From: Phoronis australis
Lineage: Eukaryota > Animalia > Phoronida
NCBI GenBank assembly: GCA_002633005.1
Contig: NMRA01000206.1
Location: forward strand, 142,092-206,091
DNA length: 64,000 nt
Direction: 5' to 3'
Below, one piece after another: positions 13,641 through 26,548 of the stretch. The notes under the pieces were generated by a model. It did not search any database. It worked only from the letters and a program-made list of their open reading frames with translations, and was not told where the DNA came from. A program made the translations under genes and the position numbers. Each line of letters opens with the position of its first letter. Position 1 is the first letter of the stretch.

Positions 13641-15039
13641 CGAAGGCGATTTCTGGGGCTGTGTTCGTGTTTTTTTTTTGTTTTTTTTTTATTATTAGCG
13701 CAGACGATTTCAGAGTGAAAAGTCGCAATTTTATCAGACACGGAGACTTCATATACATGTACATGACTGGTTTCAAGATTTATCCAAAGTGGTTGTTTAA
13801 TAATACGATGATCGTTTCATCCACAGAACTGGAGATTTGGTAAGCGTTTAATGACATGTTTTGTCGAGAGTGGTAGTTTTCAACATTTCATCCAACTTGC
13901 ACCTTGATTTTAGTTTAGGTGGAGTACCGAAAGAAATGTCAATTTGTAGAGTGCAAAGTAAGTGCCTCAAAAATAAAGTTAAACCGTCACCTAAAGTGCG
14001 TGGGCGATCACATTTCTGTTAATTTGTAAAAGTTTGAACGGTCTGCTATCATGTTCAGTTGCTTATTTGCAGCATAAAAACGACGACTTACTGGTCATTC
14101 ACGTGACGTCAAAAATGGAATTTTCATTTAAAAATATCACTTGATCAACGTTAGTTGAACTATATTTGGGTTCTAACCAGCACATTTGGCTTTTTAGGCC
14201 CATTGAAACAAAATGTACTTATTTTGTAACTGAAAATTTGAAAGAAAAAATGAACCTAGAATAATTATCGCAGCGTCATCATTTTGTCAGGGACGTAGGG
14301 TGCCTTTAGATAATAAAAGATGTCGAGCTTCCTTAAATTTAAGGAGACACTTAAAATCTTAACTAGACGAGAAAAATTTTGAGATTGAAGGGAAAACGTA
14401 GGGTTAAGGAAAATTTGAGGTTCATAAAAGCGTTAAATTGTTACATGCAGAGGGAATATTTCCCAGAAGTAATGTGCACTTTGTGTTGATGAAGTGCTAT
14501 GCCCATTACGTAACTTTAAAAATGTTATTAATTAAAAATGGAATACTAGGCGTCTCAATGTCGTTTGAACTCAGGACTATTAAGCGTTTATGTTGGTATT
14601 ATGCTCTGCATTTCTCTATTTGTAATTTCCCAGTATGATAGACTCGTCGCATGTAGTAGATTTGATTCAATCATAGTACGCGTATTTTACCTGTTGTCAT
14701 TCCCGCGCTAGTTTATTATGGATAAGAACACTTAAAGGCAGTTAATATCTTTGGCCAATAAAATGACTTACTTTTGTTTTTGTTGCATCCTTCTTCTTTT
14801 GCAGTCGTTTCGTTGACACATGCTTTACCACCGCTACATCTCAGCTTCGCATCCAGACAAACTTTTGTACCAGGACAAAAAAACTGATTGATCTTGCAGG
14901 TTTCGGTGATGCCGAGACCTAATGATAGAACAATCAGTCAAGTCCATTAGATGACGAGTTTCATTTGTCATTTACTCTCTGCGGATCAGTTTTCTAGACT
15001 GAAATGCGTAGTGGAAACTTTGCACTGTGCCCTAAGGAG

Positions 15040-15544
15040 CAGCCTTGCCCCCAAGCCTCAAGATGGCGCTGATCGGTGTTGTCATTTCGGGCTTGGTTAC
15101 GGGGAATGATGTGTTTCAGAAGTCTGTCTGTGACATACTTTCACGGAAATTGCCGGAATATCGCGAGTAAGATGAAATTATATCAACTTTGAAATTTTTT
15201 GCAGAATAATATAAAAATTAAAATAATGGTTTATTGCTACAGTTTAGGTCTAAATTATTGCAAAAATGATGTACTTTGAATCGGAAACGGGATGATTTGT
15301 GTGATACTATTAATAAAAAGAATGGAAAATAAGTAAGCCAACAACAGTAATGTCAAACCATAACAATACAATGCGTCCTGCTCGAAGAGTAGAGTCAACA
15401 ACGCTTTTGAAAATAAATAAAATCTGTGTTTGCTTCAATGACTTCAAGGCAGCGGCCAATCATGGCTCAGAAAGTAATTCCCATAACCAAGCCTCAAATG
15501 GCTAAACCGATCAGCTTCATCGTGAGGTCTTGGGGACGAACCTG
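15040..15544. mobile_element. ~500-bp MITE with ~70-bp imperfect TIRs; solo right end at ~26885-26950
   Basis: cagccttgcccccaagcctcaagatggcgctgatcggt..gggcttggttacgggga vs ttcccataaccaagcctcaaatggctaaaccgatcagc..gaggtcttggggacgaacctg; 26901 tcaaatggctaaaccgataagcgccgtcttgaggc. Confidence 0.75.
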
Positions 15545-16670
15545 TCTATAGAGCGGCATGTGTAGACAATTCCTGAACGAAGAAATGCATGTAAATGAAG
15601 CCAATTTGGATTAACAAAATATTGTTAGCTGGCTAATGTCTACTAGATCAGACGTGATACCGACAAGGAAGGTGCAGTAAAACAGAGTGAAGTGCCTCCT
15701 ACATGTTACTCCCCACATTAATGTTAATCGAGAAACGGTCAAGTACTAAAACTCGTATCATAAATTGCGCATGTCAATTTCGTTTTTTCTGCATTTTGAT
15801 GATCCATAGACGGTATGGAGGTAAACTTTTAATATATTTTGATTTAAATTTGTTTCGACAAAAATAATTGTCATGACACCATACGAATAAAGCGCCACCA
15901 AAGGCATTGAACTTACAAATTCGACGAGACACAGTAAAGGTGGAGACAAAATTAAATCTATACGTTACCAGTAGTGACGGTTGCTGTGTTGGACGGGTTT
16001 TCAAAGTCACATCCAAGTTTCGCTTGAACTATGCGGTCACCGATGTCGCCCATGATAGCAACGAGCAGATTTCCTTTTTTGCCACCACTCTAAAATAACA
16101 AACCGCGAAGTTAACGTCACATTTCCTGAACGGTGCCGCCAGTCTCACTTCCAGGAATTATGCGTTTAACGTGTACTTCATATATCCTTGATGTTAGATT
16201 CGTGATACTGTATTAGAAACAATGCATATTTTTCAAAACGAACGGGTGCTCAACTGGTCCGCAAATAGATGCATACGATATTTTTTATAGACGTACAGTG
16301 CCTACGAGCGGATTAAGAGGGACCGCCACCCAAGTTCCTTCCTCCTCCCCCCCTCTTCTTTCGTACACATGTATTTAACGTAGCAATGAGGATTGACCAT
16401 GTACCATGGGTTCTCATTGGGTATCAAAGCGCAGTAATATTAAAACATTCCTGGTGCTTGGGAAATAATATTCAAACATCCAGATTTGTTGATGTTCAGA
16501 AATGCATAATTATACTGCTTTATCTATTGCTAATTGCTTTTGTTTGGGATAACTACAACCACAAGAACCGAGTAAATGAGTGCATGCCACCCAAGGTCGT
16601 GTTTTTGCCAAACTCCGCCTCGCTAAAACAAAAGGCAACACAACAATGCGTGTATTAGGTTCAAGACATA

Positions 16671-16830
16671 CAGTGCTGTAGTGGTAAAATTAGAAGTAAG
16701 TACATGTAGGTGCCCAAAGCCCACCTTATCACCTTGAGGACTGAACGTAACTTACGGTGCGTAGGCGCTACGTTCAAATGCCAAAGTGGTTAGCTGCGGC
16801 TACGTGCGCCTACGCCCCACTACAGCATTG
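16671..16830. mobile_element. 160-bp hAT-like MITE with an 8-bp TSD
   Basis: TIR cagtgctgtagtgg / ccactacagcattg; flanks aagacata (16663-16670) and aagacaca (16831-16838). Confidence 0.85.
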
Positions 16831-17669
16831 AAGACACAAGTCATTGCTTGCCCCCTCCTGTGACCAGACTGCGTTTACTTACAGCTGTAGTAATCCAATG
16901 CGAGTGTCTTGGTTATCTCCACCTGATTCCACGTGCAGGCATTTACAGTCGAATAACTATGCTAACATTGTCTAGTGCATTGTTGTGCGACCACAGATAC
17001 TCCCCTCTTATGTTTGGCTGAAACACTGCACGATAACTTTTGATATACCATAACAATGCTCAAGGATGTCACGGACCTCAGTGTCCCATTGCATGAAACA
17101 GTCCCAACTGGAGACTCACTGACTAAGTTCCGAAATCTGCTGCGAATTTGTGAGCTTATGAAAACACTACAGTGCTGTCCGAGTCTCATTACTCAGTCAG
17201 TTTTGGTTTCCATAACAATCGAGAGTGAAGTTTACGTTAAATTCTCAATATTAATGAAAATAAATAGGGATATTTTTCATGCAACGCCCCTAATTTATGG
17301 ACAAAGTCTCTAATTTTTATTGAATTGAGGGCACAATTTTTGCTACATTTCTGAGAATAGCCAAAAAAGCTCATAATAAAAGATAAATAATGATAGAACA
17401 ATATCAAATGTGAGAATAAATAACAAACCAAATGCCCAAAATATTTAGGAAACTAAATTGAGCCCCTACTTGGGCTTGTTTCAAGCAACCGGGCATTGAC
17501 TTCGAAATTCGCATTAACGGAAAGCGGGTGCCGCTTGAAAATACCTAATGCGACGAGTACCTCGATGGTGAGACATGGATTACGTCTGATTGAACTCGAT
17601 CCGCAAATGGTTGTCAAAGACGCCTCCCTAGTCGGTGAACGACTGGTTTACGTATACATTGTAACTTAC

Positions 17670-17890
17670 CTCCAGTTTAACTCCGCATAGTTGGAAATGT
17701 TGTTTCGCCACCGACAGCCTGACTTCTTGGCTAGCTTCCGGTTTAATTTTGGTGTAACAATACTTCGTGTAATCAGGGTTAGATATGTTGCCTTCCATTG
17801 TCCGCATAAGCTTGTATGTATGCGTCGATGATGAAAATGTGGCTATCACGTGAAAGGCAGGTGCTTCCAAACCATCGCAGACATATGTCA
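17670..17890 (-). CDS. Clean internal exon (phase 1 to 0) of the ZP-like locus
   Basis: Acceptor ttttcttctaaag|, donor gag|gtaagt, 221 nt open, three Cys in ZP-N-like spacing. Confidence 0.6.
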
Positions 17891-19127
17891 CTTTAGAAGA
17901 AAATATTCAGTGGGTTAAAACATTGAAGAAATGCAATTCAACAAGAGACCACTGGCTACCAAATCATAATGCCGACGCAAAGGTTTTTTATTTCAGGTAC
18001 AATATTTGAAAAGGCATGGCTCATCTAGGTTTTTTTCAGCGCGCTTTACAGTTGCCACAAAGATAATTGTGCTGTTGCGTGTACTTTTCTCTCCTGTTTT
18101 GGCCTGTCCACATATACTGAAACGACTTTCCGATCCAGTTCCCTGAAACAATGCTCTGTAATCTTCGACAACCCTCAAAAGTTTGGAGGAAAATTTGAAA
18201 ACTCCTTTTAAAGTCTGTTAAAGGGGCAAGTGTGACTTCTGCTCTAAGCGAATTTCACGGTGCAACAGTGGGAAAAGGTCACCCACCAAGGACCATAATT
18301 CCCAATTTGTGAGATGATGTTTTTAGATGATTCCTGAGTGTAACTTGAAGAGTGACGTCAATGATGCCTTAGGAGGTCACTAACAAGGATTGGTTGAAGT
18401 CAACAAATTGGATTTAGTAACTTTTTGTATGCGTTAGGACTTCTAATCAGAACGCATTTAAAAGGAGTGTTCACAAACTGGAAAGTAATTAGCATAACAT
18501 TAGTTTGAAAAATGCTGACTGAAGACGACTAGCGAGACCTTAAGCTATTGAACATAGCTTGGCCACGACTTTTAAGTTTTCGAAATGCCTACATCGCCTT
18601 GGGTATGGAATGTCGCAAAATGTCTGGCGAATAGGTTTTTTCTCGACTGTAACACGGAAGTCACGCAGTTCTTGGGTCCAATGAATCTGTTTCGAATGTC
18701 TCGGCAACGGCTATGAACCAGAAAATTTTGAGATCATATAGCACCCTAATCTGGACATTACATAACGAAAAGTGAGAATTTTCAAACTAATACTTGCAGG
18801 AGTTTTGGATATCGATCGAACGATGATTTGACTCCGGTATTTGACTTATGCTATCCATGTTCTAAAGTTAGTTCCAAACATTTGTCCACATATCTAGCCA
18901 AAATGTTTACCTACCTTTCGGCAAAGCGTTGTATCCCTGGAAGACAGAAACAAGCGGATAATTTTACAGGAAATCAGGAAACACATCTTTTTGAAGAGGA
19001 AGTAGGACGATGCTTCATCGACCTCCTTCACAAAAGGATCATCTGGCAGATGTACTACGACTTAATCTTAGGACACTTACATTGACGTCACTGCCAATTC
19101 GCCAAGGAACATCGTGGATTGACTTTC

Positions 19128-19300
19128 AGTGGTGGATCTAGGATATCACCAGGGGGGGCGTCAACATTTTGTCCGGCTGTAAGCATTCGCGCAAACCACT
19201 ATTGTAGATGCGCATAGCACCGAATGGGGGAGGTCGGGAGGGGGCTTTGCCCAGGAAATTTTTCTGTTTTTTCCTCTAAAAATCAAGCATTTTTCCTTCA
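19128..19300 (+). mobile_element. End of a CAG(T/G)GGCGGATC-type (hAT-like) MITE; related ends at ~35370, 43292, 50925-51071 and 51204
   Basis: cagtggtggatctagg..ggggggg; cagtggcggatttagaggggg (51204); ccccttgaaccccTGGATCCGCC (~51050-51070). Confidence 0.55.
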
Positions 19301-19374
19301 TTTTTGAAGTATTATCCAAGAAAAAAGACAAAAAACACGAAGAACGTGTCAAAACAGGAAAAACTGCAAGAACC

Positions 19375-19436
19375 ACAGACTCGTACTCACGACCTTGAGG
19401 ATAGAGCGCGCGTGCTTGACCACTAAACCACCACGA
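19375..19436 (-). mobile_element. Degenerate tRNA-derived SINE head
   Basis: Minus strand gtggtggtttagtggtcaagcacgc..aggtcgtgagtacgagtc (A/B-box-like). Confidence 0.45.
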
Positions 19437-22412
19437 TTTAACATACTAACTTTATACTAAGTGACCTACTTGTTTATGGTCCACAGTGTTTGCGTGGGAA
19501 ACCTACTTCTTTTTGTAATGCTTATTACACGTTTTATATTTTATGCAATCGGTTCTTAACAAATTTGTTGTATTTAAAATAGTCAATAATGACGGGATTG
19601 CTTTGGAAATTGTCTTAAGTTAAGGTTTGACAAAGAGAGAATTATGAGTTTCTGAGTGATTCACTAAGGCTTCGATTAAAATTCACATCTTACCAGCAGC
19701 TTCAGTTTTTTCATCGTCATTCAGGTTCCATTTTCTTTAAAACATTAAGTACATTTTCTTCCCTGCGCAATGGAGCAGACGACGGAAACGGAATCGTAGT
19801 GTGCAACGCCACTGCTGGTCGCCTGGGATATTGCTGGAGAGCCTACACTTAGCCATAGTTCCGTTACGAATGCGCCGTGTTCCGAATTTGACAACTGAAA
19901 TTGGATCTGAGCCCCCCCCCCCAAACACTAAAACTGGATACATTTAAATCTTGTTTCATCCGTATCATTTCAATTACCGGGGTTAATTAATAAACTCAAC
20001 ATTTCCTTACGCTCTTGCTGTTTTAATTTTTGCGGCAGCCNTTTTTAGTCAAATTCACAAGGACACACAGAGATCACATTTCACAGTGATATCGTCCCTT
20101 CCGTGCATAGTTCTCTTCCGGAACATCCGGGTATTTTTGTCGCCTACAGTCACCCACACAGTGTATCTAATCTGCGCATGTATGAACTTCAATCAGAACT
20201 GCAAAGACATTTGTTCTACATACGGCTGAAAATCATTCATCAAGCAGGCTTCAAAAGACCCACTCGACGTCGTTATCAATCCGTAGACTGTTTTTTCTGA
20301 AGAACTCAACGTAATTCCATATTAATTTTTGACAGCCACGAGACTTTCTGTTTTGAATTTCGCCCGTGCGCTGATAAATGTTCTGGATAGCAAAAATCCG
20401 GGTGGTCAAATCGCCCAAGCGGTCCTTATTGCCATCCAATTTCGAGGGGGCCCAATATCGCCGTCTGTCAACAAACAGGACATGTTATGCTGTGAAAGGA
20501 AGGGGGAAGTGTCGGTGAAAAAATGGGAAATTTAGCTATCGTCCAGTCTTTTTTCAGTGTACTACAACATTTTCAAAATGGCTTCCATTCGAAATTCGCG
20601 AAGTATTTATGACTGTCTGGTTATTCTGAGAGCTTTAAAACATTCGAGGACCGTAAGCGTCATTTTCTTGACTTCTGGACATTGTTTATGTGACTGAAAG
20701 TTCACCTTAGTGAGTACATGTATGCCGGCATTTGAGCGTTACGTTGTACTTACTTTGATCAAAACGCTGCAGACTAACAGAAAGCGCAACGACAGCATCC
20801 TGAAAAAAAAAACATGTACAGCCTGCAGTGCTACGGTCCGACCCGGGAAAGACATGGAAAACAACGATACAATACCTATTTATGATCTGAAAGCGAAATA
20901 TTGACACTATGTGTACAAGTTCATCAGTCTTTAACCCAAGATTGTACAAATAAGGAATTAAAGATGGGGCTTGGCCTGCCAGGGATCAAAATCTACCAAT
21001 GAACCCTAACTTTCGTCAGACGGCGGATGCGCTTAATTTATACCCTGAAAAAGCTATCAATCCTTAGTTGGGTGTCGCCTAAGGCCCTATTGTCCAGTGA
21101 TGATCGCACACCAAATATAGGACTGTTCAATCTTGTGCTGAGCTAAACGTATGCTTGCGAGATAGTTAGGATACATTTATGAACGCTAGTCTTAATTTAC
21201 TGGTCTGCCTTTGGTTATATACCTTATCTTCCTTCTTGTGAAAGTCGCATTTTAACGAGAAATGATGAATTTCTATGCCGTCTGCCTTACGAATGGGAGT
21301 AAAATTACATAACGTTTACTGTGGTGAAACTTTTCTTATTTGGTTTAGATGAATGTCCAAAACGTGACCATAGTTGAGTCGTATCTGCGCTGTGGGATTT
21401 AAGGTTATGTAGTTATGTATTATTCCTATTACGTGACCAAAAGGAAAGGTGCATCCATGCTAAAACAACGATACCCCATTTCGTTCGAAATGTTCAATAT
21501 TGATTTTCAGAAACGCTTTTACATTTTTCTAAATTTATGTTTCGTTTTCGTATAATGTAATTTTTGTTGTTTTTTTTTCATAAAACTCTTAAAACTAATG
21601 AAAGTCCTAATTTAAAATTAATAACATTTTAAAGATCAGTTCATAAGAGATGGTATCTGAAAATTTCCTATGAGTCCGGTCAGTCACTCCTGACTACATG
21701 TATGATGTTTTGAAGTTCGCCAAGTTTGACCTTTTTTCGAGGATCCTATACAAAACGTCACAGGTGTCCACAATCTTGCAGATGAAAACGTGATTTGCAA
21801 GTGCAAGTTATGGAGGTTTGTAACACACAATGACAATGTTTCACTAAATGTTTGGAACTACACTGTGATGTTTAAATTGAACTCGGCGTTTCGTGGTACA
21901 TGTATGTAAATATGTGTTTTTAAAAGCAATCATAAGCCTGAGCAGTGTTTTGCAGACGCAAGGAAGTCGCGAAAACACAAGGTCAAACGACACTGCTTTT
22001 TCTCGCGAGAATTGCCATCTTTGCGATATTGACATTTTTATTTTACAAAAGTATTGCAAGTTGTAGCATGGGTTTAAAATCAAAAGCAAACTTCAAACGC
22101 CCACCTTCCCCATGATATGTTCATGCTTGACCCAGACATTTGACCTAAAGGAATACCAAATCTTTTTTTGTAATTTCAATCAGTCCTCGCTCAGTCACCT
22201 ATCAGGGTATAACTGTTGAAACTTTGAGGGATAAAAGCTGGATTCAACTAAAGTATCACGGTTCGGTACCGTTGGTCTACTCACACAAGCAGTTGCTATC
22301 TAACCCATTTTTTGTTTTAGAAAAAATGATGGAAAGGTCATTGTTAATATATTTTAATAGACCAAAACGAGTTATGGTACCACGATTAAAGTAATCTGCC
22401 ATTGATGGAAAG

Positions 22413-22480
22413 AGTTTTAGCTGAGCCAGCAAAGCGTTGGACTGCGACCATTGAGGTTGCGAGTTCGATTCCGCCTGCCG
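22413..22480 (+). mobile_element. Degenerate tRNA-like/SINE head
   Basis: tagctgagc..aagcgttggactgcga..gaggttgcgagttcgattc (B-box). Confidence 0.45.
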
Positions 22481-23337
22481 AGACCCCAGATGTGCGCCAA
22501 TTTCAAGAACACGATTACCCAGCTGTACTAACTGGTGATATACTTACATGTACACTATACGTGTATGTTGTTGGGATTATGGCTTAGTTGACGTGAGAAG
22601 TGACGAGAACTACGTTTCTTCCATAAATTATTCAAATTTGCCGTTTGACCTCGAATTTGGTTGCACCTAATCACTACATGTACATCAGTTTTGTGCCGGA
22701 TATCGGATATCGTCATGGATTTCGTGGTGCAAAAAATCAACGCAACAAAGCAAGTAATCAATTATTTGAAACAAAGAAAATATTCAAAGTGAAGTTTATT
22801 GGAGAAGTCCAAGCCGAATACACAATCATTTTATAAATTAACCAATGCCTAATGTACGGCTTTTGGTAATTTGTGTCGCACCCCGTACCCGTACAACGCA
22901 CAGCAGCAACAAATTTAATCACGCACAAAAGAAATGTACCCACGTGCACATTGGGGGACAATACTGTACTCAAATCTGTGGAGCACTTTTACGGTGATAG
23001 TGTCTTACGCCTACCAGACATCCCTCTGCACGACTTAAGTATCATATTACCAATTAAAGTATCTTGATTTGTCTTACATTGAATGATAAATTCGTGGATG
23101 AGCGATCAATGCATTTGTTCAATTTCTTTCGCTGGAAAGTCGCCAACGTTGTCCTTTCTGTGTGTTTGATAAAACACAGGTTATTGTATGTACCTGTAGA
23201 CATTATAACCTACATTTACACTAAGATCTCACTGCATGATGTAGTTGTAGATAATAGTTTGGCTGAAATTCTTGTACAACCATATTCGTCAAGTGACGTC
23301 AATTCATAACTCTTGTAATACAAAATGAGTTAATTTA

Positions 23338-23636
23338 GGGAACTCTTCAAGGAAAGAGACTTGTAAGTCATGGCTTAAGACAGAAATTTGGACTTAGGCT
23401 CCACATAAACATTTCCGAAAAATAGTTTAATCTCATTTCAGCAAAAGTACAAAGTCCCTGAGAACATACACAGAATAGCTAGTTACTGTACTGTGATAAC
23501 TTCAATAAATTATTTCTAGAGTGTGACGCGCTCGTGATTACTTCGCTAAACCTTTAATAACCAATTGTGATGTTGGACCGTAAGACCTAATTTCTGTCGT
23601 ACTGTAGTCTTAATTCACTTTCATGAAACTGGTCCC
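23338..23636. mobile_element. Decayed Harbinger-like MITE
   Basis: gacagaaatttggacttaggctccaca vs tgttggaccgtaagacctaatttctgtc (inverted); right end ttcatgaaactggtccc. Confidence 0.45.
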
Positions 23637-25579
23637 ACCTGGCTGAGATTTCTCGCAGTCAAACTGTGTCAGAGAAACAACGTTCATCTAATATCTGTAA
23701 CATAGGAAATCTGATTCTAAATAGCCGTTGCTATCAAACTTACATGATAATTTGCAACGCATTCAACAAATGTGAAAAACTCGCTTATGCTCGGCGCTGG
23801 TGGGCGTTAACTTCATTATGAAGTCATATGCCATCGAAAGGTTGCAAGCTGCTATTCATGATCAGGTATCGACATTCCTCATTTTTTCTAATGTGGAAAA
23901 CTGTGCTCTTTTTGGTGAACAAATAGTGGAACGGGACGTAAATTTTCAGTTGAAACTGATATTTGCGTTATTCATTCCGCTGCATCAATTTTGCAAACGT
24001 CGACTTCTTGTTCAGAGAGCTCAGTCCTCTCGATTGCATTTATATTTTCATTCGCCTCAAATAGTGCAGCGGAATCATTTTCGGTCGAGTTCAGCTGAGA
24101 CGACTTGCTGGAATTCTTTTTCCTTTTACCCTTTTTACCCTTCTTGCGAGGGCGACCTTGGCTCTTCTCAGACTCTTTGTCATTTACGCTTAAAGACGAT
24201 GTTCCTTTGTCTAAGTCTTCATAATATTGTTGCAAACCAACGTTACAACGGACGATGTTTAAGCAGGTGCTGAAACGAAACGGTAAAACGGAGTGCTCTG
24301 ACGTTAGAAAACTCTCATTTCTGGTCAACAAGGACATTCATGCCTCCAAACATTCTGTCTTTTTGGTCGCCATTATGTGCACAACACTTTTCGTCCGATG
24401 GAGTGGTACCAGGCTTTTGATAACGTTGTTTCATTAAGAATAGATTCATGTTGTATCATTGAGAGAGCCCCTGAGCGCTTTCACGAAAGCAGTACTTGGA
24501 CCTAGAATATTCTGTTGATCCACACATAGCTGGAGTTCATATAGATATTTGTTTTAGCTAGGGGGCACTCCTAGATCCTTTCTGGCGCAAAGAGGATGTC
24601 TTACGAAGGGGTTTAGGCACTTCCGAAATTGTTACATCATGATTCCCGAACAAGGTTTCAATCATATTGCAACCATCTCGATTTTGTCAGGTACATGTAC
24701 AATAAAGTATGACCGAAAATTCAACATGCCAGATTATATACCAGTAGCATTAGCATCTAAACTTGGCGACTTTTACTTTATTAACACCAACAGTCAATTT
24801 TCATGTGTGGTATCCATTCACTCACGTTTTAAGTCCGTCGTAGAGTAGCCCTTCTAATATATCTTCACAACACACCCAAAAGCGCCACCTGTAGCCGTCT
24901 TCCATGCGCACACATGTGCAACAGAACCTCTGCAAGGTTAGCAGCACCAAAATTACCCCGATGACCGTTAGTACGGCTTTAAATGATATGGTGCACCGAG
25001 GATGTGACTGACCATATTCTCCTGCCTCCCGTAAAGGCACGCCGTCCACTTTGAGAATATCTTCCACAAAATAACGCTTTCTTCTGATGAGGTGCTGAGT
25101 AATATTTCTGATGGACATTACATGCTTCACACGTTCGCCCCCTTGTCTTTGTTCTAAAGTTTCAACTTCGTTCGGAATATGTTTTATTGTTACCGTTTCG
25201 TGTAGAATAAGACCTTTCCGCACAGTGCTGGACCATAACGGAAACGGTTGGATAATTACAAATAATATCCTGAATGTAAGTTGAAGCATGGCCATTGGCA
25301 GAGAAATCACATGTTTTCTGCTGACGTCAGAGATTGTGACACGTGGGTGTTTTACATGTACGGAATTTCTTTAATAAACCCCAGTTTCTTGGGCGTTTAC
25401 ATGTATCAACTTATAGTGGCAATCTGCTAGGTTAACGGTCGAAACTTCAAATTTGGTACATGTACTGTAATCTCGCACCCAGGACAAATTGATCAATAGA
25501 GTTACACTATCGGCGAGACTTTTCAGAAATCAGTCGTGCGTGTATTCGACTCCTTGAAAGTTCGCGTTGGACATATTGC

Positions 25580-25753
25580 NNNNNNNNNNNNNNNNNNNNN
25601 NNNNNNNNNNNNNNNNNNNNNNNNNNNNNNNNNNNNNNNNNNNNNNNNNNNNNNNNNNNNNNNNNNNNNNNNNNNNNNNNNNNNNNNNNNNNNNNNNNNN
25701 NNNNNNNNNNNNNNNNNNNNNNNNNNNNNNNNNNNNNNNNNNNNNNNNNNNNN
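25580..25753. other. Assembly gap (N run)
   Basis: Run of N. Confidence 1.
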
Positions 25754-26548
25754 TGAGCCTGAGTATAGTGAGGCAGAATACGGACAGCTGTTGAGAGGGA
25801 TGAGACAGGGACTGAGGACCGACATAATGGGACGTCTTGGTGCAAATGCAACGTGTGCACAGTTATGCCGACCTCAATGGAATGCCTGTGCTGTTCCCCC
25901 TGGATGGTGACCTGAGCACCCAGACCGGATACATCCAGCCGTGCGACTCCCTCGCCACACACTTCGCACCTTCTAAAAAGCTACATTTTAGTGAAGTCCA
26001 CAATAAACATATCAAATTTGGCTCACCGGCCTGACCGCTGGACGACGAAATGCTCTCCCTACTGGATGTCGAACTTGGTCTGTATTAATATCCACTTCTC
26101 AACATTGTTGTAGGGCTGGAGACAGCACCAGCAAAGAGCGAATCACTGCTAGTTCCCGGAATTGCACGCCCTGGCGTACGTTCGGAGACACGGGTGAGGG
26201 TAGATGAAGCGCCTCCAGTCGCTGCAGAGGCCACAACTCGCGAGGCTACTCGCTTCAAAAATGCACTTCTTGTGGGTGGCGCGGGGCAATATGGCCGCAC
26301 CCTTCTTCAGGCTTTGTGTTGCAAGAACCTTCATCAATTCTGCGTATATACTCTTTTTCGTAATCCAACGGCAAAAAATGATTACGACACGCTGGGTAAT
26401 TCTCCAATGCTTTGTGCGTTGCGCGGACGGTAACGCTGCGTTCTTCACAAGAACGGACCAAATACGGCGGAGCGTGTCATCTTTCGGAAAGCGGTGTAAA
26501 GGCGAGACGACAATGAGTACACCCCGGTACGTAGCAACCGTGCAGCAT
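25754..26548 (-). mobile_element. Kolobok-like THAP-transposase N-terminal relic
   Basis: ATG at 26548: MLHGCYVPGC / LHRFPKDDTLRRIW / ACRNHFLPLDYE / LKKGA / RSAFLKR, then EP..W.SL..FRRCEVCG..G..VTI..H, resembling the CxxC..H region after THAP in Kolobok proteins. At least four frameshifts; runs into the gap. Confidence 0.65.

Larger units (their letters stand above)
10662..17890 (-). pseudogene. Multi-exon disabled gene for a ZP-module-like extracellular protein with a hydrophobic (GPI/TM-like) C-terminus
   Basis: AG/GT-bounded exons: 17890-17670 (TYVC..YCY..EVRLSVAKQHFQLCGVKLE), 12050-11914 (IHISCKFKPY..), 11830-11656, 11416-11376, ~11273-11097, and terminal 11038-10662 (..TSTCAYGD..CYSYFTGLK..YLHGLLVVSSTQDCS..SSAAKPSHSFIFVALCFFVGVHF). 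Further decayed exons near 17190-16883, 16200-15917 and 12280-12085. Several phase clashes and in-frame stops. Confidence 0.5.

Noticed and set aside
24320-24373. FGGMNVLV as a Pif1/Helitron helicase motif
   Set aside because: The following GD..QL and all other helicase motifs are absent.
25507-25962. Long ORFs spanning the N run
   Set aside because: Their length is inflated by the assembly gap; only the part above 25754 is interpretable (Kolobok-like relic).
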